A DNA stretch of 64,000 nt from Gemmatimonadaceae bacterium (GCA_044224875.1 JBGAJQ010000001.1:192001-256000), one strand, 5' to 3'; shown: positions 38,823-50,683, counted from the stretch's first letter. Translations and numbers: made by a program. The notes: generated by a model from the letters alone, not told the origin.

Positions 38823-41062
38823 CTACTGGCCGGTCCCGATCTGCTTGGAGAACTTCACCACCACCGAGCGTGATTGCGGCCGTACCCAGTTGAAGAAGCC
38901 GTCGGCTTCACGTCCATCGTTCAAGACGACAAACAGGCCCGTGCCCGCGGTGTTCAACCACCCAAAGTCCATACCCGCGCCTGGTTGTTGTACTGCACGA
39001 GCGACTGCAGGAAGATCTTGGGTGTGAAGAAGTACCCCACGCGAGCGCCAACCAGTTTGCGCACGAAGTCCCCCTCATCGAGCTTCACGTCGTTGTAGTC
39101 GAGCAAGAGGGACGTGGTGAGCGTCGCGTTCGGGCGGTACGTGATGTTGATGTTGCCACCGTTGCGGCTGCCGTCGTAGAACGGACCGAAGTCACCTCGC
39201 AACACGAACGACAATGGCGCGGACGGATTGGACGACCAGTCGAGCCCTATGCCCGCATAGTCGTAACTGCGCACGGGAAGGGTCACGTTCGGCGCGATCT
39301 CGAAGGGCTGCTGTAGTCCTTCATGATAGATGTTCAGCTCCGGGCCGAATCTCCCGCCATCCTTGAATTCGACTTCCGTCAGGTCAACGTGAACCTGGCC
39401 ACTCTGGTAGAAACCCTGGCGATCGTAGTACCCGCGCCAGTTGACGTGCGGATTCCACACCCGCACATGCTTCCAGTTCGGGTTTCGCACGAAGCGCATC
39501 AGTGAGGGCTCGTAGTACTGGTATCCACCGGATCGGTTGAGGAACCCCACCTCGGGATTGAAGTCGGAGCCGACTTCGACGTACCGCAGGCCGTTGTTCC
39601 ACTTGGAGGTCGAGTAGCCGACCCGCACACTTCCGGCCAGGTCGTTGCCGCTACGGCCCGGTGTTTCGGACTTGGCGCCCCACCAGTCGACGGTCCACGC
39701 GTCGCCGACACCAATGCGTCCGTCAGCTGCATACACGCGATTGTGGTCGCCACTGGAATCCGTCGACATGCGTTGCACTGCAAGCACGCCAACGCGCGAA
39801 CGCGTCGACAACTCCCTCGACACACGCGCGACGGAAAACGAGTTGCCGTTGGTCGTTGTGGCTGTAGCGTCCGTGAAGATCTGCAACAAGCCGACGGTCG
39901 TTCCGCCAACGCGGCCGGTGATACGCCCGCCGCCCTGAATGGGTACGGGGTTTCCCAGGGTGTCGATGCCGATGCGGCGGCTGAAGAACAACTCGACCGC
40001 TTGTGGCGTGCCTGCCGAGAAGGTGCCGGCATTTTCCAGGAAGAAGGGTCGCTTCTCTGGAAAGAACAGTGGGAAGCGCGTCAGGTTGGTCCGCTGCTCG
40101 TCCACCTCGACTTGGGCGAAGTCGGTATTGTAGGTGAGGTCCAGGGTCAGGCTTGGGGTCAATCCATACTTCGCGTCCACCCCAAAGTCCCCCGTACTGC
40201 CAAACTTGGACGACGTGGTGAAGTCACGGGACGTGGAGCCAAGCACATACGGTGTGATGGTCGCGACACGCCGCACCGGCACCTGCAACCCCTGCAACGT
40301 TCCCGCCCGCGACAAGCGATACAGGTTGAACTGTCGCGGGATCGGCGACCAGAACGACTCCTCGTTCTTTCGCCGGATGTTGCGCGCCAGGTTCAGGCCC
40401 CACGCCTGCGCCGCACCACCACCGTAACGTAATGTCGAAAACGGAATGCGAAACTCGGCGTACCAGCCTAACGAATCCCGGGACGTCATCACCTTCCAAC
40501 TGCCGTCCCAGTTCAGGTTGAACCCGCCCATCGACCCGGACTGGGCCCGCGTCTGCCCCTGCTGGAAAACGCCGCCCCCTTCACCCTCCTTGACCACTTG
40601 CGCGTCGTATTCCACACCGGCTGGCGTGGTCGCAAACACGAACCCGTTCTGCCGATCGAGGTAGGTGTCCAGGATGAACCCGAAGTAGTCGCTGTTGGCA
40701 ATCGTGCCATCGCGAAGCTTCTCGCCGGGCACGATCCCCTGCGGGTCGCGATCGAAGAGCCAGGCGGCCACGTATAAGGCCTCACCATCCACCAGGATGC
40801 GTGCCTCCGTACGCTCGCTCACCGGCTGCCCCTCGGCTGGCTCGCGCTGAACGAAATCGGTGAAGGGCTGGGCATCCTTCCACGCGGCCTCGTCCAGATG
40901 ACCATCAATCACGGGGCCAACAGTAATTCGCTTCGCGTCGCCCACGCGTAGACGGCCCGACTCCATCGGCGCCCCCTGAGCCGAGAGCGGCTGGGCAACG
41001 GCGATTGTGAAGCATGCCAGGACAAAGGCCGAGGCACGAGAAATCATTGCGGTGCGACGCAT
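38823..41062 (-). CDS. CBM9-like / DUF5916 outer-membrane protein, frameshifted near 38967
   Basis: PVIDGHLDEAAW, NTDFAQVEVD, FFPEKRPFFLE; C-terminus FGWLNTAGTGLFVV...KFSKQIGTGQ* continues in another frame to 38823. Confidence 0.82.
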
Positions 41063-43807
41063 TGCGAGGTTGGGAAAGGCGAAGGGAGCACTGCCACAGG
41101 GCCGCGGGCAGAGGCGACAATAATCTGCCGGATGAGGCGGCCGGACGGAACCGACTTCCTTCCCATTCTCGCCTTCGAGACCGTACGCAATCCCCCACTC
41201 GCCAGTCGGGGGCGCGATGGCGCAACTGCCCGACCCCCCCTGACATCGAGCGGCGCAGGCTTCTGCTGCGTTGAAGGTGTACGAGTCGCTCTGCGCAGAC
41301 CGGTTAGGTACCTAACTAATCGGACTCGACCGCGTCCAATTGAGCAGCCTTCCCTGTGGTTGCCGCGCTGGCCTTGCGCGGTCTCTTCTTACGAGTGTCA
41401 GGATGCAAAGATCTACGATCATCTCCGGAGTCGCCGTCGTCGCTGCGGCGGCGGCCGGCCTGTGGTTCTTCGGTCGAGCGGATGCACGGGACCTAACGAG
41501 CTTCCGATTTGTCGAGGTGGACAAGGGCGACATCCAGGCCACTGTGGCCTCCACGGGAAAGCTTCGGGCCGTCACGACGGTACAGGTCGGGACACAGGTG
41601 TCGGGCCAGGTAGCAGGCATCTATGTCGACTTCAACGACCGGGTGAAGAAGGGTCAACTCATCGCCCGGATCGACCCCACACTCCTCGAGCAGGCCGTGC
41701 GCGACGCCGAGGCCACCGTGGAGCGCTCGAACGCCGAGCTGGCCAATGCCCAGCGCGCCTTCGATCGGAATAAGCAACTCTACGAGCGCAAGGTGCTCAC
41801 GGAGAGCGAGTACTCGACCACGCAGTATCAGCTGGCTGTGGCCCAGGCCAACCTCAAATCCGCGCAGGTCAACATGGACCGTGCGCGTCGCAACCTTGCC
41901 TACACCAGCATTTACGCGCCTATCGACGGCATCGTCGTCGAGCGGAATGTGGATGTGGGGCAGACGGTCGCCGCCTCGCTCTCCGCGCCGCAACTGTTCC
42001 TGATCGCCAACGACCTTTCTGAAATGTGGATATTGGCGTCGGTCGACGAGAGCGACATCGGCACCATTGCCGAGGGGCAGCCGGTCCGGTTCACGGTTCA
42101 GGCATATCCCAGTCGTACGTTCAATGGCGTCGTTCGTCAGGTCCGGTTGCAGTCGGCGGTGACCGAGAATGTCGTGAACTACACCGTCGTGATCGACGTA
42201 AAGAACACGGATGGCAAGTTGCTCCCGGGAATGACGGCGACCGTGGATTTTCTCGTGGGATCTGCGACCGACGTCTTCCGTGTTCCGAATGCGGCGCTGC
42301 GCTTCCGACCCACAGCGGACCAGATCTACAAAGCCAGCGAACGGCAGCGTACCGAAGCGTCGTCGTCCAGTCGCCCATCGATGACGGGGAGGTCGTCACG
42401 CGCTTGGCGTCGCCCACGCGAATCCAGGCGGACTCCATCGGCCCACCCTGAGCGATGAGCGGGTGACTGGCCAAGGCGGTCACGAAACCGAGGACGCCAA
42501 CAGAAAAGGCACGAGTTCGCGAAGTCGTTGCGGTGCGACGCATTGCGGGGTCGGGAAAGGCGAGGAGGCCGGCAACAATCAGGCTCGGGGCGGGCGACCA
42601 TAATCTGCCGGATGAGGCGGCTGGACGGAACTGATGTCCTTCCCACCAGCGCCTTCGGTTTCGTACGCCGCAATCCCGCACGGGCTCGTCAGGGCGACAC
42701 TGGCGTACCTGCCCAACGCTCCCCGACATCGAGCGACCCGGAGTTCTACTGCGTTCAGGGTATACGAGGCATGGAGTGCCAGCTGGCTCGCGCACCTAAC
42801 TAATCGGGCTCGGCAGCGTCCAACCCGGCAGTCGTTTCCGTGGTCGTGCCATTGGCCGCGCGGTCCTTTTTCAAGAGTCGCAGATGCAAAGATCTACCGT
42901 CATCGCCAGTGTCGCGGTTGTCGTCGCGGCCGGTGCCGGCTTGTGGTTCTTCAGCCGGGCCGATGCGCCAGTGACCTAACGAGTTTTCGCTTTGTAGAGG
43001 TGGACAAGGGCGACATACGGTCACTGTGGCCTCCACGGGAAAGTTGCGGGCGGTCACCACGGTGCGGGTCGGAACGCAGGTGTCGAAGACAGGTCGCCGG
43101 CATCTATGTCGACTTCAACGACCGGGTGAAGAAGGGTCAACTCATCGCGCGCATCGACCCCACCTTGCTCGAACAGGCCGTTCGCGACGCCGAAGCCACG
43201 GTGGAACGTTCGAACGCCGAGCTGGCCAATGCGCAGCGCGCCTTCGATCGAAACAAGCAACTCTACGAGCGCAAGGTGCTCACGGAGAAGCGAGTATTCG
43301 ACCACGCGGTATCAGCTGGCCGTCGCCCAAGCCAACCTCAAATCCGCGCAGGTCAACATGGACCGTGCGCGTCGCAATCTGGCGTATACCAGCATTTATG
43401 CGCCTATCGATGGGATCGTCGTCGAGCGAAATGTGGATGTTGGGCAGACGGTCGCCGCCTCGCTCTCCGCGCCGCAACTGTTCCTGATCGCCAATGACCT
43501 GAGCGAGATGTGGATATTGGCGTCGGTCGATGAGAGCGACATCGGCACCATTGCCGAAGGGCAGCCGGTCCGTTTCACGGTTCAGGCCTATCCCAGTCGT
43601 ACGTTCAATGGCGTCGTTCGTCAAGTACGGTTGCAGTCGGCGGTGACCGAGAATGTCGTGAACTACACCGTCGTGATCGACGTAAAGAACACGGATGGCA
43701 AGTTGCTCCGGAATGACGGCGACCGTGGATTTTCTCGTGGGATCTGCGACCGACGTCTTCCGTGTGCCGAATGCGGCGCTGCGCTTCCGACCCACGGCGG
43801 ACAGATC
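40888..43807. repeat. Diverged tandem duplication, ~1.45 kb unit (copy 1 ~40888-42326, copy 2 ~42360-43807)
   Basis: Both copies hold the DUF5916 5' end, the intergenic region and the adaptor 5' part; adaptor ATGs at 41403 and 42884. Confidence 0.9.
41403..42326 (+). pseudogene. MacA-like periplasmic adaptor, copy 1 (intact frame, 3'-truncated)
   Basis: VQVGTQVSG, VKKGQLIARID, GQTVAASLSAPQLF, VDESDIG, VPNAALRF; the frame then runs into duplicated upstream DNA and stops at 42458. Confidence 0.8.
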
Positions 43808-44221
43808 GCCAAGCTGGGCGACAGCGCGGCGGTGCAAGCGCAAGCAGTCGGCGCGGCCGTGACAGCACCAGCACCGGTACGCCTAACGATACCACAAGGC
43901 GCCGGACGAACGCGGGATGGAACACTCGCGCCGGGACCGACCAGGGCGTGAGCAACGGCGCCGCGGCAGCGAGTGGCGTTCGCGCCGGACGCGCCGGATC
44001 GTCGGCCACCCTGTGGTACATCGACGCCGCCGGCAAATTGACGCCGATCCGCGTTCCACACCGGCGTCACCGACGGGAAGGTCACGGAGGTGCGCGGCAC
44101 GGATCTCAAGGTCGGTTTGAAGGTGGTGTCGGGCATCGTGCTCAGCGCGCCCACATCAACCAGCCCCTTCCAGCAGACGACCACGCCACCCGGTGGGCCT
44201 GGCGGACCGCCTCGCTTCTAA
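42884..44221 (+). pseudogene. MacA-like periplasmic adaptor, copy 2 (full length, multiple frameshifts)
   Basis: ATG 42884 (MQRSTVIASV), pieces in several frames, ends [19 protein letters not shown] at 44221. Confidence 0.8.
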
Positions 44222-44231
44222 TGGAGCGACG

Positions 44232-44990
44232 ATGACAGATCACGCGGTGATTCGCACGGAGTCGTTGACGCGCACCTACGATGCCGGTCGGAATCCGGTG
44301 CACGCCCTCCGTGCCGTGAACCTGACGATCGAGCCGGGCGAGATGGTTGCCATCATGGGCGCGTCTGGATCCGGGAAGTCCACGCTCATGAATCTTCTTG
44401 GCTGCCTGGATACGGCGACCTCCGGCAGCTACTGGCTGGACGGCGTACGTGTTGACGGCATGGGTAAGAACGAGCGGGCCGATATCCGGAATCGCAAGAT
44501 CGGGTTCGTCTTTCAGGGGTTCAACCTGCTGTCGCGAACGTCGGCGCTCGACAACGTCGAACTGCCGTTGCTCTACGATCGCTCAGGAAGGCCGATGGAC
44601 ACGCGTGCCATGGCCATGCAGGCACTGACGCGAGTTGGACTGGCAGACCGCGCCGAGCATCATCCCAGTGAGCTTTCCGGCGGCCAGCAACAACGTGTGG
44701 CCATCGCGCGCGCACTCGTGACCCAACCCGCACTGGTACTCGCCGACGAGCCGACAGGCAACCTGGATAGTCGTACGTCCATTGAGGTCATGGCACTCTT
44801 TCAGGAACTCAATGCGCAAGGCATCACGATCATCATGGTGACGCACGAGCACGATATCGCTGACTACTGCAAGCGAGTCGTGGAAATGCGAGATGGCCGC
44901 ATCGTGCGGGATGAACCCGTCATGGGGCGACATGTTGCCTCCACTGACCTGCAGCGAATGAACGATCCCGAAGTGGAGGCCCCGGTATGA
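44232..44990 (+). CDS. MacB-like ABC ATP-binding protein
   Basis: [33 protein letters not shown]. Confidence 0.93.
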   Translation: MTDHAVIRTESLTRTYDAGRNPVHALRAVNLTIEPGEMVAIMGASGSGKSTLMNLLGCLDTATSGSYWLDGVRVDGMGKNERADIRNRKIGFVFQGFNLLSRTSALDNVELPLLYDRSGRPMDTRAMAMQALTRVGLADRAEHHPSELSGGQQQRVAIARALVTQPALVLADEPTGNLDSRTSIEVMALFQELNAQGITIIMVTHEHDIADYCKRVVEMRDGRIVRDEPVMGRHVASTDLQRMNDPEVEAPV

Positions 44991-46204
44991 GGCGCGCAAC
45001 ACTGCTCAAGGTCGCTGGCGAGAGCATCCTCAAGAACAAGCTGCGCACGTTGCTCACGATGCTCGGCATCGTGATCGGCGTCGGCGCCGTGATCGTGATG
45101 GTCGCCGTGGGGCAGGGCGCACGATCGCAGATTGCGAAGCAGATTGCTGCCCTTGGCACCAACATGATTGTCATCACGCCCGGCGCATCCACGCAGGGAG
45201 GAGTGAGCCAAGGGGCACAGTCGTTCAACCGGCTCACGACGACCGACGTGGAGAAGCTGATGCGCGAGTCGGCCACCACGTCGCTGGTGTCGCCGGTCGT
45301 AGTCACGCGCACGCAGGCCATCGGCGGCGGTTCGAACTGGCGGACCAGCATCAATGGGGTGTCCGTGGAGTACCAGCAGATTCGCGACTGGCAGGCATCG
45401 CAAGGCGGGTTCTTCACCGATCAGGACCAGCGAACGAGTCGTAAGGTGGCTGTACTGGGTTCCACCGTGGCGAGTAACCTGTATCCCGGTGGCGACGCGG
45501 TCGGCCAGTCGATCCAACTGCGGGACGTCCCGTTCGAGATTGTTGGGGTGCTGGCCAGCAAGGGTCAGTCCGCCAGCGGTATCGACCAGGATGACGTCAT
45601 TCTCGTCCCGTATACCACAGCGCAGACGAAGCTGAGTGGTCACACATTCATCCCGCAGATCGTAGCAGCAACTGCATCGGCCGCTGATCTCCCAGCCGCC
45701 CAAACGGAGATCCGCGCGATCATGCGCGAGTCCCATCGGCTGGGCGCGTCCGACGATGACGACTTCACGGTGCGAAACCAGGCCGACTTGGCCACCGCGG
45801 CAACCACTACCACCGATGTCATGTCGACCCTGTTGGCGTCGATTGCCGCGGTTTCGCTGCTGGTGGGTGGCATCGGCATCATGAACATCATGCTGGTCTC
45901 CGTCACCGAACGCACGCGGGAGATCGGAATCCGCATGGCGTTAGGCGCACGAGGCGGCGACGTGCTGACGCAGTTCCTCGTGGAAAGCGTTGTCATGAGC
46001 CTCGTCGGTGGGGTCATCGGGATCGCCGTCGGCGTGGCGTCGGCGTCCATCCTGGGCCAGGCCACAGGCTGGAAGACGGAAGTTTCCACGCAGGCGGTGG
46101 TGATTGCAGTGGCCTTCTCCGCCGCCGTCGGCGTCTTCTTCGGGTTTCATCCGGCGCGACGTGCCGCGTCGCTCGACCCCATTCAAGCCCTTCGCTACGA
46201 ATAA
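44987..46204 (+). CDS. MacB-like ABC permease
   Basis: [48 protein letters not shown]. Confidence 0.93.
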   Translation: MRRATLLKVAGESILKNKLRTLLTMLGIVIGVGAVIVMVAVGQGARSQIAKQIAALGTNMIVITPGASTQGGVSQGAQSFNRLTTTDVEKLMRESATTSLVSPVVVTRTQAIGGGSNWRTSINGVSVEYQQIRDWQASQGGFFTDQDQRTSRKVAVLGSTVASNLYPGGDAVGQSIQLRDVPFEIVGVLASKGQSASGIDQDDVILVPYTTAQTKLSGHTFIPQIVAATASAADLPAAQTEIRAIMRESHRLGASDDDDFTVRNQADLATAATTTTDVMSTLLASIAAVSLLVGGIGIMNIMLVSVTERTREIGIRMALGARGGDVLTQFLVESVVMSLVGGVIGIAVGVASASILGQATGWKTEVSTQAVVIAVAFSAAVGVFFGFHPARRAASLDPIQALRYE

Positions 46205-46259
46205 ACCATGCGTGGCCGTGTCGTTAGCAGCGCCGCGGTCATCTGACACGCCTTCCACA

Positions 46260-47615
46260 ATGTCCATCTGCCCAACTCGCCGACTCATCCAGCTGTTGTC
46301 TCTGGCGGTGATGAGCGTCGGCGCTCGAGTCGCTTTGGCGCAATCGCCACGGGTCATCACGTTTGACGACGCGGTGAAGACCGCGCTCGCGCAGAGCAAC
46401 GTCATTCGGCTCGCCAAGAACGCGAACGACCTCACCGATGCCAACGTGCGTCAAGCGCGTGCGCAGTTTCTTCCCGACGTCCGACTGTCGACACAGGGTG
46501 CCCAAAACTACGGACGGTTCTTCTCCAGCGACGAAGGGAAGATCCTCAACACGCAAACGCAATCCTTCAATACCGGCCTCTCGTCTAGCCTGGTGCTCTT
46601 CAATGGGATGGCCAACAAGTTGAACGTGTCGGCCGCGAAGGCGAATCGTGAGGCGTCGGAGTATGACCTGAGCAGGTCTCGCGAGACCGTCGTCTTCACG
46701 GTGCTCTCCAACTACCTCACGCTCATCGAACAGCAAGAACAGCTGCGGGTCAGCCGTCAGAGCCTGGCCGCGCAAGATACGCTGGAGCGGCAGGTGCAGG
46801 AGTTCGTGAATGCCGGAACGCGCTCGATTGCCGATCTGTACCAGCAGCAAGCCGGTGTGGCCAGCGCTCGCCTGACCGTGGTACAGGGGGAACGCGCGGT
46901 CGAGCTGGCGAAGGTGGACCTGATCCAGACGTTGAAGCTGGACCCGGCAGGCGTTTACGAGTTTCAGTTTCCTCCGGTAGACTCGGCCGCTCCCGCACGA
47001 TCGCTCGACGTGAACGCCTTGGTGTCGCGCGCCCTCCAACAGCGCCGCGACGTGGACGCCGAACAATCCCGCGTGAACGCCGCGCAAAAGCAGCTGCAGT
47101 CGGCGGGCGCGACCGTGTGGCCCACCCTGTCACTGAACCTGGGCTACAACTCCAGCTACGCCAGCTCAAACCAGACCTCGTTCCTGAGCCAGCTGGATCA
47201 GCGACGTGGCGGCTCCTTCGGACTCAGCCTGTCGATTCCGATCTTCGACCGCTATTCGACGCGCATCAACTCTGAACGAGCCCAAATCGGGCAGCAGAAC
47301 GCGGAGATCGCCTTGGACGACGTGCGCCAGCAGGTGGCCCTGCAGGTGAAGCGTGCCACCCTGGACTACGTGTCGGCTGGCGCTCAGCTGGACGCGGCGT
47401 TGGCGCAGACGCGCGCCGCAGAGCTGGCACTCCAAGCTGCGCAGGAACGATACTTGGCGGGCGCCGCGACCCTCGTCGAAGTCACTCAAGCGCGCGCGAC
47501 GAGCGTGCAAGCCGCGAGTGCACTCGTGAGCGCTCGCTACAACCTGCTCTTCCAGGGAAAACTGCTCGACTACTACGTGGGCGACCTCGACCCCAAGTCG
47601 GTGCGGCTGAACTAG
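46260..47615 (+). CDS. TolC-family outer-membrane efflux protein
   Basis: Signal peptide, FLPDVRLS, LSLSIPIFD, QERYLAG helical repeats; start approximate. Confidence 0.88.
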   Translation: MSICPTRRLIQLLSLAVMSVGARVALAQSPRVITFDDAVKTALAQSNVIRLAKNANDLTDANVRQARAQFLPDVRLSTQGAQNYGRFFSSDEGKILNTQTQSFNTGLSSSLVLFNGMANKLNVSAAKANREASEYDLSRSRETVVFTVLSNYLTLIEQQEQLRVSRQSLAAQDTLERQVQEFVNAGTRSIADLYQQQAGVASARLTVVQGERAVELAKVDLIQTLKLDPAGVYEFQFPPVDSAAPARSLDVNALVSRALQQRRDVDAEQSRVNAAQKQLQSAGATVWPTLSLNLGYNSSYASSNQTSFLSQLDQRRGGSFGLSLSIPIFDRYSTRINSERAQIGQQNAEIALDDVRQQVALQVKRATLDYVSAGAQLDAALAQTRAAELALQAAQERYLAGAATLVEVTQARATSVQAASALVSARYNLLFQGKLLDYYVGDLDPKSVRLN

Positions 47616-47676
47616 CCCACGAGCCCGACCGCCATCGCTATTTTCGAGGGAGGTCTCAACACGGACGCACCTCTCG

Positions 47677-48249
47677 GTGAAGCACTGGCGTCGCTGGATA
47701 ACGGTTGGCAACGCGCTTACGCTCATTGTGCTGTTGTGGGCGACGCCACGATTGCTGCCGCACGTGGGCGCTGTGCTCGGCGTGCGATCTGGTGTGCCGA
47801 TCGCTCCGTCATTCGCCGTGCGAGCGCTCGATGGCACGTCGTTGACGTCCGATTCGCTGCGTGGCCAGGTGGTGTTGGTGAATTTCTGGGCCACCTGGTG
47901 CATACCGTGCCGAGTGGAGATGCCGCTCCTGCAAAGCATGGCGGATCGGCATCGCAGTGCCGGGCTACGCGTCCTCGGATTCTCCGTGGATCGCGGCGAT
48001 CCCGCCCGTGTCAGGGCGTACGTCCACGACCGCGGGATCACGTATCCGGTCGCGATCGTCGATCAAGAGATTGAGCGCGCCTTTGGCGGTGTTCGTGGGT
48101 ACCCAACGTCGTTTCTGTTGGATCGCTCCGGAGTGATCCAGAATGCCGTCATCGGTCCGCTGGCCCCGGCGACCCTTGAATTGGCGGTGCGTCGGCTAAT
48201 GGACGAACCACGACCTCGGGACGCCCTTCCACGCGATAGCGCACGTTAG
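47677..48249 (+). CDS. TlpA-family thiol-disulfide oxidoreductase
   Basis: VNFWATWCIPCRVEMP, GYPTSFLLD. Confidence 0.92.
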   Translation: MKHWRRWITVGNALTLIVLLWATPRLLPHVGAVLGVRSGVPIAPSFAVRALDGTSLTSDSLRGQVVLVNFWATWCIPCRVEMPLLQSMADRHRSAGLRVLGFSVDRGDPARVRAYVHDRGITYPVAIVDQEIERAFGGVRGYPTSFLLDRSGVIQNAVIGPLAPATLELAVRRLMDEPRPRDALPRDSAR

Positions 48250-48257
48250 GCGTGCTC

Positions 48258-48767
48258 TTACGGCGCGGCAGCGCGCGAGGGTACGTCGACAATCTGCGGT
48301 GCGTGCCCTGTAACACCCAGGAATCGTACCAGGTCGTCGCGGGTGAGTACGAGCGTGCTGGTGTTGACGAGCGGATGGCAGCGAACGGGCGCGCCGCTCC
48401 ACACGTCGCGGTCGATCAGGAGCGTTACTTCGCGGTGGTGGTCGTTGATCAGGGCGAGGATGGTAACCGCCCCGGGAGTGACGCCAAGGTACTTCTGGAG
48501 ACGTTCGGGAGAGCCGAGGCTCAGGGTATCGACGTCTAACAGGGCGGCCACCCGCTTGAGGTCCACCGACTTTTCGCACGTGGTAACGAGCAGCCAGTGC
48601 TTCTTGCCCCGTTTGTCCCGAAGGAACAGGTTCTTCGCGTGGACGGCGCCTTCCGAAGCTGGGACGACTGGATCCGCCTGTTCGCAGGTAAACACGGCCT
48701 CGTGGTCATAGCGCCGGTACGGGATGGCGTTCGCGTTGAGTAAGTCGAACAATCCGTCAATTGACAT
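48258..48767 (-). CDS. YbaK/ProX (PrdX) aminoacyl-tRNA editing protein
   Basis: AKNLFLRDK, LGVTPGAVT, CHPLVN. Confidence 0.9.
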   Translation of the reverse strand: MSIDGLFDLLNANAIPYRRYDHEAVFTCEQADPVVPASEGAVHAKNLFLRDKRGKKHWLLVTTCEKSVDLKRVAALLDVDTLSLGSPERLQKYLGVTPGAVTILALINDHHREVTLLIDRDVWSGAPVRCHPLVNTSTLVLTRDDLVRFLGVTGHAPQIVDVPSRAAAP

Positions 48768-48860
48768 GTGGCTCTAGCAGGAGTCGGTTATGGCTAGCCA
48801 TCCCGGTGAGTGGGAACGAGAGGCACTTGCGCAAGTCGTTCAGGCAAATAATATTCAGTC

Positions 48861-49328
48861 ATGAATTATACGACGCCGTCGCAACCTGACGCAGCTGGGG
48901 ATAGCGGAGAGCCTCAGGCATCCGCAGGCTCCGAGCTGATGTTCTCGGTCATAGCGGCTGCTCGGTCGATTGAGGAGCGGGTCGAGGGTGCACTTTCCGA
49001 ATTGAGCCTGTCTCTCTCAAAGCTTACGGTACTCACGAAACTTGTCGAGGCGCAGGAACCACTGACGCTCAGCGAGATCGCGACTCGGCTGGCCTGCGTT
49101 CGTTCGAATGTCACTCAGCTCGTTGATCGACTGGAGGCGGATGGTTTGGTGCGGCGAGTGGAGCACTCGTCCGACCGACGGAGCATTCGGGCGGAGCTGA
49201 CAGCGGAGGGAAGGGATCGGCAGAAACAGGGCTCGGCCGTCCTGGCGGATATCGCCACGCGCGTCGCCGATGGGATGGGATCAGGCGAACGTCTTGCCCT
49301 GGTTGGTCTGCTTTCCAAGCTCGGGTAG
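48861..49328 (+). CDS. MarR-family transcriptional regulator
   Basis: SNVTQLVDRLEADGLVRR...DRRS...LTAEG. Confidence 0.9.
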   Translation: MNYTTPSQPDAAGDSGEPQASAGSELMFSVIAAARSIEERVEGALSELSLSLSKLTVLTKLVEAQEPLTLSEIATRLACVRSNVTQLVDRLEADGLVRRVEHSSDRRSIRAELTAEGRDRQKQGSAVLADIATRVADGMGSGERLALVGLLSKLG

Positions 49329-49424
49329 CGTTTTTTTCCACAAACAATTCATCACTGCATTTTCTATACAAGCACTATACATAGGCGTATTTCCTGAACA
49401 GGTAACCGAACGAGGAGAAGACCA

Positions 49425-49979
49425 ATGACGACGGCCACCAGACCCACTTCAACGCAATGGCAGATCGACGACTCGCATACAAACGCGCAGTTCTCGGTCC
49501 GGCACCTGATGATCTCCACTGTTCGCGGGCGCTTTGCCCAGGTCAGCGGGCAAGTGTCTTACGACCCTTCCAGTCCCAAAGCGGTCGACGTCCGTGTAGA
49601 GATTCCGGTGGCCTCGATTAACACGCACAACGAGCAGCGCGACAGTCACTTGAAGTCGCCCGACTTCTTTGATGCGGCGAACCACCCGACGATCACGTTC
49701 GTCGGCTCCCGTATCGTGGGCGATGTTTCCGGAGCGTTTGAGCTGGTTGGCGAGCTGACGATTCGCGGAGTGACGAAGCCCATCACGCTGAAGGTGTCGA
49801 ACGAAGGGACTGGCAACGATCCGTGGGGCAATGAGCGCATGGGCTTTAGCGCCGTCGGCAAGCTGAACCGGCTTGAGTTCGGTCTCCACTGGAATGCGGC
49901 GCTCGAGACTGGTGGCATGGTCGTGAGCGACGAGGTAAAGCTGGAGATCGATGTGGAGATCATGCGACCGAAGGCCTAG
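49425..49979 (+). CDS. YceI-family protein
   Basis: WQIDDSHT, RDSHLKSPDFFD, GELTIRGVT, DPWG; GAGGAG RBS. Confidence 0.92.
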   Translation: MTTATRPTSTQWQIDDSHTNAQFSVRHLMISTVRGRFAQVSGQVSYDPSSPKAVDVRVEIPVASINTHNEQRDSHLKSPDFFDAANHPTITFVGSRIVGDVSGAFELVGELTIRGVTKPITLKVSNEGTGNDPWGNERMGFSAVGKLNRLEFGLHWNAALETGGMVVSDEVKLEIDVEIMRPKA

Positions 49980-50018
49980 TTGATCGCCGGGCAATCAGCC
50001 CGAAGGCCCACCTCGCTC

Positions 50019-50058
50019 CACAACGCCCTGGCGTCCCGTTCGTCGCCAGGGCGTTGTG
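50019..50058 (+). terminator. 15-bp stem hairpin after the YceI gene
   Basis: CACAACGCCCTGGCG-N10-CGCCAGGGCGTTGTG. Confidence 0.6.
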
Positions 50059-50110
50059 TGTCTACAGGACCGGGCGCGGGAACCAAAGTGCGGCTGAATG
50101 AACTCGTGCG

Positions 50111-50683
50111 TTGGCAGGATTCACGAACACATCGGAGGGTGAAGTGGAGCAGGCTACGTTAGGCGGCGGATGCTTCTGGTGCCTGGAAGCTGTGTACCTC
50201 GAACTGGAAGGCGTGAGCCGAGTGGTGAGTGGGTACACGGGAGGCCACGTGGCCAACCCGACCTATGAGGAGGTGTGCAGCAAGAAGACCGGACACGTCG
50301 AGGTCGTGCAGGTCACGTTTGACCCGGCGGTGGTGACGTATCGCGAGATCCTCGAGGTGTTTTTCGCCATCCACGACCCGACAACTTCGGATCGTCAGGG
50401 GAATGACGTTGGCCCGCAGTACCGTTCGGCCATCTTCACGCATTCGAAGGAACAGGAGCAGGTGGCGCGCGAGGTGATCGCAGAGCTTGAACGGGAGCAG
50501 ATCTTCGGCGCACCGATTGTCACGGAGGTGCGGACGCTCGCTGAGTTTTATCCTGCGGAGTCCTACCATCAGGACTATTACCGACGAAACACTGCCCAGC
50601 CGTACTGCGCGTTCGTGGTATCGCCGAAGGTGGCGAAGTTTCGCCAGAAGTTTGCGCATCGGCTGCGAGCGGCCACCCGGTAG
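50111..50683 (+). CDS. msrA: Peptide-methionine (S)-S-oxide reductase
   Basis: GGGCFWCLE, SGYTGG, HDPT, RQGNDVGPQYRS, AESYHQDY. Confidence 0.95.
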   Translation: MAGFTNTSEGEVEQATLGGGCFWCLEAVYLELEGVSRVVSGYTGGHVANPTYEEVCSKKTGHVEVVQVTFDPAVVTYREILEVFFAIHDPTTSDRQGNDVGPQYRSAIFTHSKEQEQVAREVIAELEREQIFGAPIVTEVRTLAEFYPAESYHQDYYRRNTAQPYCAFVVSPKVAKFRQKFAHRLRAATR

